A stretch of DNA of 64,000 bases from the IMG/VR virus record IMGVR_UViG_3300005805_000055, positions 29,762 through 93,761 of that record; one strand, 5' to 3'. This document shows positions 55,308 to 64,000 of the stretch, piece after piece. The translations under genes and the position numbers were made by a program. Within the stretch, counting starts at the first letter, position 1. Each line of letters begins with the position of its first letter. Source of the DNA: a virus. Under the pieces are notes generated by a model. It saw only the letters and a list, made by a program, of their open reading frames with translations. It did no database searches and had not been told where the DNA came from.

Positions 55308-58300
55308 ATGGCTGAGGATGCTAAGCTTAAACTTGATATTGGCGTCGATGGTGCGTGGAAGCTTGCCAAGGTCAAACAGCAGCTCAAAGCCATTGGTCGC
55401 GAGGCTAAGCAGCTTAGTTCGAGCACTGCAGTAATTGCTTCAAATTATTTTAAGAAGCAAAAAGATCTGATGAATAGTTCCACTGGCGTGTGGAGACGAC
55501 ACTTCGATCAAGTCGACCAAATGGCCAAGATGTTCGGCAAAATGTTGATGAAGTTTGTCGGATTCTCTGCCAAATTTGCATCGATACAGGTTGGTGCACT
55601 TGGCCTTGCACTGATGGCCGTCCATGCGGCATTCGTTGTTGGTCAAGCGGCATCTAAGGCGTATGCCGTTGCGATGAAATTGGTTGCAGGTGGCCTCGCG
55701 TCAATAACCATTGCAGCAACAATCGCTGCGGCGGCAATTAGGGAACAGCAAGCCGCAATGTATGCCTACAAGGGTACCAATATGAGTGAATTTGGTAAGG
55801 GCATCAATCAAGTTAATACACAAATGCGAATGATGCAAAGTGATGCCCAGCTTGCTGCAGTTGGTGCTGAAGGTCTCAATGCGGCACTTGCTGAAATATA
55901 CAAAACTGGCACATATGGTGGTGGTCAGCAGAGAATGCTCAAAGCGCTTATGGACTTTGGTGCCGCTGGGCAGGACATTAAAACTGGTGCCGCAGCAGCA
56001 GGCAAGCTTATAGCTGCCCTCAATGACCCAAAGGCAACATTTAGCTCAATTAAAGAGGCCGCCAAGGCAATGGGTCCACAAATGGAACAGGCCCTCACGA
56101 AGCTTAATATCACAACTAAAGAAGGTCTCCAAAAAGCTATTCTTGATGGATCACTAGCTGCAGCAGGTGGGGTTGAGGGACAATTTGCTGCCGTCTCCGG
56201 AACTCTTATAGGTCAATTTAAGGGTGCATTTACGCAACTGAAATCACAAGCAGCCGACTTTGGTCAAATGTTTCTAAAGCCAACAAAAGAAACGTTCCAG
56301 GAAATTGTCCACATATTTAAGCGCGGGTTTGTGAGGGTTGTCCCAGAACTCACAGCTTTTGGTAATGGTTCACTATTTAGTGGACTTGTTTCTGGGATGG
56401 AGCGACTGGAAGACCTATTTGTCAAAATAATGCGTGAATATTTACCCGCCACCAAGGGTATGTTTGATCGTCTTGGGGAGTGGTGGACAGAATTCAAGTT
56501 GGGCTGGAATGAGATTGTTGAAAAACTGCGCCCAATGATTGATGGATCTCGTGTTCTAGTGGATATGTTCAAGGCACTTGGTCAGCAACTAAGTGGCCAA
56601 ATGGATATCTTTTCTCATACCAATCAGCTCATTGTTGAAAACCGTGATGAGGTGGTTGAATTCGGTGCAAAAGTCGGAAGATTACTCAATGTTCTTGCCG
56701 AATATGGCCGAACATTGAGGGAGATGTTCTTTGATGTTCTTCCATTCATAAATAAAATTCTTGATGGAATAACACTAATGGCTGATGCCATTTTGAGCCT
56801 GCTTGGCGGATTTAGGAGTCTTTTTGGTGGTGGTGGTTTTGGCTCACTAACACTCATTGCAGGACTTCTTAGCGGTGGAAAATCATTATCAAGAGGTGTG
56901 GGCGGATTCATTAAGCAGCGCGAACTAACGCCAATGCAAACACAACAAATGACTGTGAGCGCTGGAAGTGTTCATGTAACTGGATTTACGCCACAGGGAC
57001 AAACTAATCCAAATGCTGGAGCTGGAATGGGTGGCAGGTCTCCCGGTGGAACTCCACCAACAGGTGCCGCCGGAAGCGGAGGTGGCGGACCATACGGTGG
57101 GGGCGGTGGAACTGGAGTAATCATGCCAGGAACTGGAGCAGGTGCTGTTGCTGGATCAAAGAGCACTACCGCTGGGGGCGGCGCTGCAGCATCTGCTGGA
57201 TCAACCCCACGGGAGTTTAGGACTGCCAGAAATAATCTCGCCCGTGAACTAATTAAACAGGATCCATCTTTGAGTAAACGTGAGGCCCTCCATCTTGCCG
57301 GACAAACGCTTCAGGGTGCTGGTTCCAAAAGTGCCACAGACCCAATGCACCCAGCAGCAACCCGTAGGAGCAAACTATTTAATCTTGGTAGAGGAAAATT
57401 GCGCTATGAGGGAGATTCTGCTCAATTTCTGAGGGTATTTAATCAATCAAAGGATGACAACTTCAAGCCACAAACATTGCGTGAATCCCAGATGAAATAC
57501 CAAAATCTCGTATACGACGACAAGGGAAACCTTCAGTTTGATCCGAAGACTGGTTTGCCAATGACAGAGTGGCAGAAAGGTGGGAAGCGCAAATGGGGAT
57601 GGAATACAAACCCAGCTGGATTGACACAGGACATAAATCCTGGACGATTTAAAACAATCACAGGTGAATTGTTCCGAAAGCCGCGTGAATCTATTCGCTA
57701 TAAGAAACTTTTTGGTGATTACGAAACTGGCCAAAAAGGCAAATTTACTGGTGGCAGTATGGGCATGAATATGGGCGCCTCAATGGCTCTGGGAATGCTC
57801 TCCAATGTCGCACCAAAGGAAATGCAGGGTGCCCTCGCCCTCGGGTCTTCGCTTGCAACCATTAACCCCATGCTCGGTGCAGGAGTAGGACTACTTGGCG
57901 GAGGAATAGCCTCAGGAAATGCTTTGGCTGGAGCGGGAATGGGTATGGCTGGTGGTGCAGCACTGGGTATGCAATTGGGAGGACCATGGGGTGCTGCGAT
58001 AGGTGCAGTTGGTGGTGCGCTAATTGGTGGAATTGGAGCATGGTGGAATAAGAACAAGCGTCGAAAGCAGGAAGCGAAAAAAGCCGCTGAACGTATTGTT
58101 GCCGATACGACTGATGCATTTTATGATGGCCTTAGGACACAGTTAGCTACACAAGGGGTATCCGCATTTACGTCAGCGAACATCGGCAATACGATTTCCA
58201 CTGCAGCTAAACCGCTAGTTGATTTCAACAAAGAACTAGATGCCCTAAGTGGAATCTATAGTACTGATGGTAAAGATGCTGCAAAGGAATATCTGCAAAT

Positions 58301-59918
58301 ATTATTTGATGATAAGACAAGCGAAATGTCAAAATATATTAAGTCCCAAGAGGAACTTGATAGATTACTCGGAGACATTGGTACGAGTATTAACACCCTA
58401 TCAACACAGGGTAACATAAATACAAAAGTACAAGGAATGTCTACCACGCGCTACACCAATGTTGTCAAGGCGCTTTCTCAGGCAATGGGTAAATCCGAAG
58501 AAGAAATACTTAGGTTAGCGAATGAAACTGATACAAACCTATTTGACATAAGGCTTGGCTTCGATGAAATGTTTAAGAGTATTTCTGGTGGATTGGCGAG
58601 AACGCGAGCCGAGATCATGCAAAGTGGCGCTGATGCACAAGCCGGAATAATGGATGTCATACGGACACGCCAGGAACAACTTGCCGCACCGGAAGCACTT
58701 AATCAGGAAGCAGTAAAACTATATGAAGCTGGTAAAGCTGGCGACCTGACAGAATCAATGGGTCTTGATTTCCTTTCTAATGTAATGCCACTATTGACGC
58801 AGTATTATGGCGGCGACTCACTCCAGGCACTACTGCAACTAGGACAACAGATTGGACCAGGAGGCGTTGGTTTCACGCAGGGGAGCTATTTCTCCGAAAT
58901 TCTCTCACCAGAAGTGGCAGCATTATTTCAGACTGACCAAATGACACAAGCCATGCAATTGGTGCAGTCAGAAGGTCTGCGTGTTGCTGGCCAAGGTGTT
59001 CTTGACCAAACCCAGGGAGCTCTCGGAAAATATGGACTAGGAGTTAATAATAGGGAAGATTTCTTAGCTCAAGTTCAGAATCTTGCAGTTACTGATTATG
59101 CGAAATACCAACAACTTGTCTCATACCTTGACCCCACCCAAAATATGGATCTCGAAAACCTGGGATCAGGACAAGCATTGGCACAAAATCTATATAGTCG
59201 ATTTGGCATAGACCTTGGCGACACTTTTGGAAAGGCGGTAGACTCTGGCGGCGTTGCCTCAAAGACGGCAGAACAAATTTTAGCCCAATTAGGACTAGAT
59301 GAATCAAGCCTAAAGGCAGTCAATACCGCACTTGATCAATTTTCTGAAAATCTCAAGAATGCATTGAGTGTTACTGACATGACCGTTACGGCTACTTCAG
59401 TTAACGTCAGTGGTGGTGGAGATACCTCAACGCCCAGATATGGTCGAGTGGGCGATACTGCATCTAGCCGCTTTAGGTCAACATACGTCAACCACTCTTA
59501 TTTTGACTCCCTCATCAGTGGTAAACGCACAATGACATCCGGTGTCAGGAATTTTAATCTCGGTTCGATTAATTCAGACCACGTAACAGGTCGAGCGCTG
59601 GATCTTACTGGCCAAAACCTTGGCATGTATAAAACTTCAATAGAGGCAGCTGGTGGGTTTGCAGAATTTCATGGAACAAATGCATCTAGACATTTACATG
59701 TCGTGCCACCTAATGGACCCACCGGCGATGCATCAACGCCAGTTGCAGATTCTGCCAATAATAAAGTCAGCATTATGTCTGGCGGAGGTAATGGCTCCGG
59801 CAGTCAGTACGTAGTAAATATTAATGGATACAATAAGACCCCACAGCAGCTTGCTAATGAGGTAATTGCCGTAATGCGGTCCAATGAACGCTCCATGAAT
59901 GAGAGAAGAGGCAAGTAA
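55308..59918 (+). CDS. Tape measure protein with a C-terminal M15-like peptidase motif
   Basis: 1536 aa, Ala/Gly-rich helical protein with hydrophobic GGA tracts; SDHVTGRALDL...HLHV (~59574-59702); GSKSTT at 57153 and GSKSAT at 57321. Confidence 0.92.
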   Translation: MAEDAKLKLDIGVDGAWKLAKVKQQLKAIGREAKQLSSSTAVIASNYFKKQKDLMNSSTGVWRRHFDQVDQMAKMFGKMLMKFVGFSAKFASIQVGALGLALMAVHAAFVVGQAASKAYAVAMKLVAGGLASITIAATIAAAAIREQQAAMYAYKGTNMSEFGKGINQVNTQMRMMQSDAQLAAVGAEGLNAALAEIYKTGTYGGGQQRMLKALMDFGAAGQDIKTGAAAAGKLIAALNDPKATFSSIKEAAKAMGPQMEQALTKLNITTKEGLQKAILDGSLAAAGGVEGQFAAVSGTLIGQFKGAFTQLKSQAADFGQMFLKPTKETFQEIVHIFKRGFVRVVPELTAFGNGSLFSGLVSGMERLEDLFVKIMREYLPATKGMFDRLGEWWTEFKLGWNEIVEKLRPMIDGSRVLVDMFKALGQQLSGQMDIFSHTNQLIVENRDEVVEFGAKVGRLLNVLAEYGRTLREMFFDVLPFINKILDGITLMADAILSLLGGFRSLFGGGGFGSLTLIAGLLSGGKSLSRGVGGFIKQRELTPMQTQQMTVSAGSVHVTGFTPQGQTNPNAGAGMGGRSPGGTPPTGAAGSGGGGPYGGGGGTGVIMPGTGAGAVAGSKSTTAGGGAAASAGSTPREFRTARNNLARELIKQDPSLSKREALHLAGQTLQGAGSKSATDPMHPAATRRSKLFNLGRGKLRYEGDSAQFLRVFNQSKDDNFKPQTLRESQMKYQNLVYDDKGNLQFDPKTGLPMTEWQKGGKRKWGWNTNPAGLTQDINPGRFKTITGELFRKPRESIRYKKLFGDYETGQKGKFTGGSMGMNMGASMALGMLSNVAPKEMQGALALGSSLATINPMLGAGVGLLGGGIASGNALAGAGMGMAGGAALGMQLGGPWGAAIGAVGGALIGGIGAWWNKNKRRKQEAKKAAERIVADTTDAFYDGLRTQLATQGVSAFTSANIGNTISTAAKPLVDFNKELDALSGIYSTDGKDAAKEYLQILFDDKTSEMSKYIKSQEELDRLLGDIGTSINTLSTQGNINTKVQGMSTTRYTNVVKALSQAMGKSEEEILRLANETDTNLFDIRLGFDEMFKSISGGLARTRAEIMQSGADAQAGIMDVIRTRQEQLAAPEALNQEAVKLYEAGKAGDLTESMGLDFLSNVMPLLTQYYGGDSLQALLQLGQQIGPGGVGFTQGSYFSEILSPEVAALFQTDQMTQAMQLVQSEGLRVAGQGVLDQTQGALGKYGLGVNNREDFLAQVQNLAVTDYAKYQQLVSYLDPTQNMDLENLGSGQALAQNLYSRFGIDLGDTFGKAVDSGGVASKTAEQILAQLGLDESSLKAVNTALDQFSENLKNALSVTDMTVTATSVNVSGGGDTSTPRYGRVGDTASSRFRSTYVNHSYFDSLISGKRTMTSGVRNFNLGSINSDHVTGRALDLTGQNLGMYKTSIEAAGGFAEFHGTNASRHLHVVPPNGPTGDASTPVADSANNKVSIMSGGGNGSGSQYVVNINGYNKTPQQLANEVIAVMRSNERSMNERRGK

Positions 59919-61831
59919 TGCCTTCCTCATCTGGGTATACATATAATTTTGGGGCAGGTGGAGTTAACGTCCTGGGAAAATTTGAAGCTCCAGGTGGGGT
60001 TACGTATATACGAATGCCAGGCATGGTTCGTTTTGAAAATTTAGATCCAGAAATTGACCTAAAAGCCTTACAGAACCCACCCTCAGCAACACTTGCTAAA
60101 TACTGGACAGCATCGATTTTTTTGGATAATGATAATTATGAATACTATAAAAACAAAATAAAGCAGTGGTATGAATTGCCGCCAGAACAACAGGGAGTAT
60201 TCCCAAAATTTCCAGATCCATCGACAGCAAAGGATCAGTATTTCTTATACCTAAATACACAAACATATGGGCCGGACATATATGCACTAACAGATAGCCT
60301 TTGGTCATATGCTGGTGGTGCGTGGTATGAGCTACCATTCTCAAGTAAATTCTCATCAGCATCACTAAATATAAGCAAGCTAAATACTTTGACTGGTATC
60401 AATTTCAATCAATCAACAACAACTGCAAATAGCGGCATTACAACAGTATCAACTGGCATCAATAGGGGTGCATCAAGCAATAGTGGCGCCAGTGGTTCAA
60501 TAACTCAAAATCGGTATGGTTCAGCCGACTCAATGGAAGGGCGCATGCTAAGTAGTGGCGCCAGTGGTTCAATAACTCAAAATCGGTATGGTTCAGCCGA
60601 CTCAATGGAAAGGCGCATGCTAAATGCTGGCATGCTCAATACGAGTGGATCCACATCAACCGCACCACTTCCCTCCACTGTCCTGGTTGCCGTTAGGTCG
60701 AGTTTAAGTGGGGATTTTCAAACGGCAACTGCTGAATATCTTCCAGTTAATCTTCCACCAAATACCAAGGCAACAAACTATGCAGCCATACGGGAGGCGG
60801 TGTCGAAGGCAATGGTTGCCAAGGGGTTCAGTACTGCCGAGGTACTAAAGTGGTTGACAGATAACAAAAAACCAAAAGTGGTGATTTTGCCAGATAATTT
60901 CGGCAAAAGTGGCGGGTCTCGTGGGGGAGGAAACAAAAATAGTGAAAAGGTTGTTAGTTTTGGTATTACCCCTACACCAGAGGTAAATAAAAAAGTTATA
61001 GTACGTTTTGGGCGTTCATATAGATTGCCGGAACAAATTGACAAGACGCAAGATGCGCGTCCAATGATGATTCAATGGATTACGAATTCCCCGATAAGAA
61101 CAGCAACTGACTTCAAAAATGGTAAGTCGATACGCGAAGAGGATAGAATTGTTTGGGATGAAGCAACTGGACGTCTTGTTAAGTGGGCGACACAGGAAGC
61201 AACATTAAAATACGTGTTTCCATATATCCCAACAGATATTCAATACACCTCACTTGGGGCTCAATGGACAGAAGTTCCGCGAACAAAAAATGTTCCCTAT
61301 GTAGACTTTCAGGGTTTTCAGAGAATGAAGGTGTCGTTTTCTTTTATCATCTCTTCAACTAGAGTAGAACCAGGTAATGCGGTTGTTCCAGATGGTTTAT
61401 ATACTTCAGTAGATGAGCAGATAATACTTCTTAGAAAAATGTATCAATCCAAGCAGCCGGTTACGATCTATAACATGGATTCGATGCTTTCAAATTCAGT
61501 AGATCGATTAAATAATAATCCAGTTCAATTTGTAATTGTAGATTTAGGCATTGAAGCAGTTCGTCGCCAAGAGGGGAGCCCATCACATATAACTACAGCA
61601 CAGTGCTCAATAACACTTAACGAAATAATTGTAGAGAATGCCGTACTCATACGATTGAGTCCACCAACATTTGATGAATTCATTCCACGTGGTGGCGGTG
61701 GTGGCGGCGGGACAGCCAATAGGCCAGATTTGTGGACAAAATACCTCCCTGCACCAACCACCTCATCACTCAGCCAAAACGCACAGATGATCATTGATGG
61801 TGGAAGCGGCCAGAATGCGAATGGGACATAA
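59918..61831 (+). CDS. Baseplate/tube-initiator-like protein 1
   Basis: Follows the tape measure; C-terminal FPYIPTDIQY...WTEVPR...VSFSF...VPDGL...RPDLWT. Confidence 0.65.
   Translation: MPSSSGYTYNFGAGGVNVLGKFEAPGGVTYIRMPGMVRFENLDPEIDLKALQNPPSATLAKYWTASIFLDNDNYEYYKNKIKQWYELPPEQQGVFPKFPDPSTAKDQYFLYLNTQTYGPDIYALTDSLWSYAGGAWYELPFSSKFSSASLNISKLNTLTGINFNQSTTTANSGITTVSTGINRGASSNSGASGSITQNRYGSADSMEGRMLSSGASGSITQNRYGSADSMERRMLNAGMLNTSGSTSTAPLPSTVLVAVRSSLSGDFQTATAEYLPVNLPPNTKATNYAAIREAVSKAMVAKGFSTAEVLKWLTDNKKPKVVILPDNFGKSGGSRGGGNKNSEKVVSFGITPTPEVNKKVIVRFGRSYRLPEQIDKTQDARPMMIQWITNSPIRTATDFKNGKSIREEDRIVWDEATGRLVKWATQEATLKYVFPYIPTDIQYTSLGAQWTEVPRTKNVPYVDFQGFQRMKVSFSFIISSTRVEPGNAVVPDGLYTSVDEQIILLRKMYQSKQPVTIYNMDSMLSNSVDRLNNNPVQFVIVDLGIEAVRRQEGSPSHITTAQCSITLNEIIVENAVLIRLSPPTFDEFIPRGGGGGGGTANRPDLWTKYLPAPTTSSLSQNAQMIIDGGSGQNANGT
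60481..60623 (+). repeat. 72-bp-period tandem duplication (24 aa)
   Basis: 60481-60551 and 60553-60623 are identical except for one base; encodes SGASGSITQNRYGSADSME(G/R)RML. Confidence 0.95.
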
Positions 61832-61833
61832 TC

Positions 61834-63462
61834 ATGCCACCCTCTAATCAACGCAAAGAATGGCCGGATATAGATGTAAATTCCGACGAATGGCAAATGA
61901 CAAGTGAGCCACCGATTGCTTTTCAGTCAGAGAATGGCAAATCATTCATAGATTACCGTACGAAAATAAAAACTGGAACTACATATAAAATTGAATATTA
62001 CGTTGGAACAACAGTGTCTGGACTTGATGACGTTCTTGATATCGGCGTTTCTAGTCTTTCCCTAGCTAAACTCTGGTCAACTGGTTTATGGGGTTTGGTA
62101 TACAATGATGCTACAAAAGTGTATAGTGCTGTTAAATTATTCCGCGCCGATCTTGCCACATCGCAGGATTCACTCGAATCAAGTGTTCCTTATATGTTTT
62201 GTAATAAATGGGATGGCAAATATACGCCTCCATACAATATAACCACTGGCTTTAGATTCCTATTTATTACAAACAAGAGGTCGCCATATAAGTACAAGAC
62301 AAGCGCACAAATGCAGGATTGGATTAAGGAAAGGCGCAAAGACACAACTCCAGGATTCGATCTTACTCAAACAGGAATAGATCGTTTTGGTAGTGGACCA
62401 AGCATAACTACGAGTACGAGCACAAATCACTTCTATGATCTAAAAGTCAATGACTATCTCACGTTACGGATGCCATTTTCTAGCCATCCATTTTTTAATG
62501 CAAATTGGCCACAGCGTTTCGCGTCTGCCGTAATAGATGCTCTCAAGGAAAAGGGTATATCATCGGATGACATTCGTCAGTTCGGACAGGAGTACATACA
62601 GGCAGCAATACGTGCCATAAATGGCTCACCTGGTAGTGGTAGTACCAATATAGCTGGCGGCTCTAGTGGTTCTTCTAGGGGAATTATTCCACCCTCAAAT
62701 ATACCCGAGACACCAGTAAATTTACCCCCAATAGAATTTAGTACACGCCTTCCGTCTGGTGGACGTCTCGTTAACATAGAGGCAATGTCAAAGCGTGATC
62801 CGAGCACAATAAAGCCCCAGATACGCCAGGCATTTATTAATAATGTTGGGGAAACGGAGGAAGAATCTTTTTACTTTGATTATATCCCAGCGACAGTTTC
62901 TTATACACTTGGTGGATCAACGTGGAATGAAATACCAAGGACACTTGATTCACCATTGATGGAATGGACATCACAAACATTAACTAGAGTTCAAATGAGT
63001 TTTCTTATTGCTGGCGATAGGCTGGAGCAAGCATTTGGTGGAACTAGAAGTGTCCCGGATGGTCTTGAGATAGATGTGGAGGAAAGAATTAGGCAAATAC
63101 GCAGAATTGCCTCCAGGCCATCTCCAGTATTTATTTATGGACTTGATGACATATTCAATATCCACTTACATTTTGCTCAATCCAGCGGAGAACCATGTGC
63201 GTGGGCAGTAGCCGATCTAGCAATTACAGCAAAACGACGTACTGGCGGATGTCCGTCCCTGATATCTGTTGCTCAGGTAAACATCTCTTTTATACAAATG
63301 CCAATTGAAAATGCATATACTATGCGTTTGCCAAAACTAGAGCTACAGCCAACTACACCAACAGCAGGATCCTCAACAGGATCTCGAACCCCAATACGTC
63401 CAGATCTATGGACTGAATACTTGGCAAAACCACTTCCGAACAGCCTACTCATACAGACGTAA
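61834..63462 (+). CDS. Baseplate/tube-initiator-like protein 2 (paralog of the previous gene)
   Basis: FDYIPATVSY...WNEIPR...MSFLI...VPDGL...RPDLWT matches the upstream gene. Confidence 0.65.
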   Translation: MPPSNQRKEWPDIDVNSDEWQMTSEPPIAFQSENGKSFIDYRTKIKTGTTYKIEYYVGTTVSGLDDVLDIGVSSLSLAKLWSTGLWGLVYNDATKVYSAVKLFRADLATSQDSLESSVPYMFCNKWDGKYTPPYNITTGFRFLFITNKRSPYKYKTSAQMQDWIKERRKDTTPGFDLTQTGIDRFGSGPSITTSTSTNHFYDLKVNDYLTLRMPFSSHPFFNANWPQRFASAVIDALKEKGISSDDIRQFGQEYIQAAIRAINGSPGSGSTNIAGGSSGSSRGIIPPSNIPETPVNLPPIEFSTRLPSGGRLVNIEAMSKRDPSTIKPQIRQAFINNVGETEEESFYFDYIPATVSYTLGGSTWNEIPRTLDSPLMEWTSQTLTRVQMSFLIAGDRLEQAFGGTRSVPDGLEIDVEERIRQIRRIASRPSPVFIYGLDDIFNIHLHFAQSSGEPCAWAVADLAITAKRRTGGCPSLISVAQVNISFIQMPIENAYTMRLPKLELQPTTPTAGSSTGSRTPIRPDLWTEYLAKPLPNSLLIQT

Positions 63463-63472
63463 TGGAGCAATC

Positions 63473-64000
63473 GTGACTGACTTTCAAGACGTCCAAATGG
63501 GACAATATGGAGAAGATGACTTTATCTTAAAGATAAGCAATCTCTCGGATGAAGTAATGATGGATATTCGTCAATCACTGCTTTCACTCAATGTTAGTTA
63601 TTCTATGAATATGGTGACTCAAGTAACTGCAACCGTACTTGATCCAAATTTTACAATGACGCGCAATAACTATTTCATAGTTGGGCGCGATGCTACATAC
63701 AGCACCACGTCATGGCTTGGTCCAAGCAATATGGAGGGTGAATTTTATGGAGGGGCATCACTTGACTATAGAAATGACGAGAGATGGATAACTTTATTTC
63801 TTGAAATAGCCTCAGTGCAGGTTGGACCGGGACCGGGATCATCACCAGTAGTGACAATAGAGATGCGAACCAAAGCTGTTCAGCAAATGAGACGCGACAA
63901 GAATCCGGGAGCAATCAAGGCAAACGGCAGCGATTGGGTTATTGCTGCTGCAAAACAATATAAATTAAGATATGCGGTACAAAAAACGTCAAAGAATAAA
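63473..64000 (+). CDS. Putative baseplate hub protein, truncated at the right edge (not in the ORF track)
   Basis: GGAG then GTG 63473; frame open to the end (…LSLNVSYSMNMVTQVTATVLDPNF…EIASVQV…VTIEMRTKAVQQMRRDK…). Confidence 0.65.
   Translation, partial: MTDFQDVQMGQYGEDDFILKISNLSDEVMMDIRQSLLSLNVSYSMNMVTQVTATVLDPNFTMTRNNYFIVGRDATYSTTSWLGPSNMEGEFYGGASLDYRNDERWITLFLEIASVQVGPGPGSSPVVTIEMRTKAVQQMRRDKNPGAIKANGSDWVIAAAKQYKLRYAVQKTSKNK

Noticed and set aside
59918-63462. GSTSTA / GSSTGSRT strings in baseplate proteins as more linker copies
   Set aside because: Poor matches inside Gly/Ser/Thr low-complexity tracts, expected by chance.
39993-63914. Minus-strand ORFs in the right arm, e.g. 42514..43122, 53194..53799
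   Set aside because: Antisense to well-supported plus-strand genes, with no recognisable motifs.
1-64000. Stop-codon reassignment
   Set aside because: Genes are intact and densely packed under the standard code, and TAA, TAG and TGA all end genes.

Overview
64 kb from the structural region of a large contractile-tailed (myovirus-like) phage. It uses the standard genetic code, and I found no tRNA, CRISPR or integrase. Left arm (minus strand, 38.6 kb to beyond the left edge): small membrane protein, HK97-type portal, HK97-type prohead protease, then at least 34.7 kb of putative internal-head genes with no major capsid gene in the window. These include three giant multidomain ('polyvalent') proteins: 3693 aa, about 3031 aa, and a >2594 aa ORF at <1..7784 that the ORF track missed because it runs off the edge. 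Right arm (plus strand): terminase large subunit (divergent from the portal), Rad52-like annealing protein, RecB/Cas4-like nuclease, HNH, RuvC, dCMP deaminase, ParB, and a PAPS-reductase/ParB (IbrA/IbrB-like) pair. Neck, sheath, tube, a frameshifted tail chaperone, tape measure and baseplate genes follow. Main finding: a hexapeptide G-S-K-S-[TS]-T and close variants occurs 21 times with varied codons. It is confined to the three giants, one 548-aa neighbour and the tape measure protein, and it brackets recognisable domains (ArdC, DEDDh exonuclease, KTSC, ART-like, zincin, zeta-like kinase). Shared N-terminal motifs (a DGDGDG...RP motif, an RCPxG...SNC motif, Lys-delimited propeptide-like segments) add to the case. 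Together they suggest a phage polyprotein system in which giant cargo proteins are packaged, cut or modified at a common linker, and delivered into the host. That function is inference, and domain names come from motif recognition, not database searches. An actinobacterial host is suggested but unproven.
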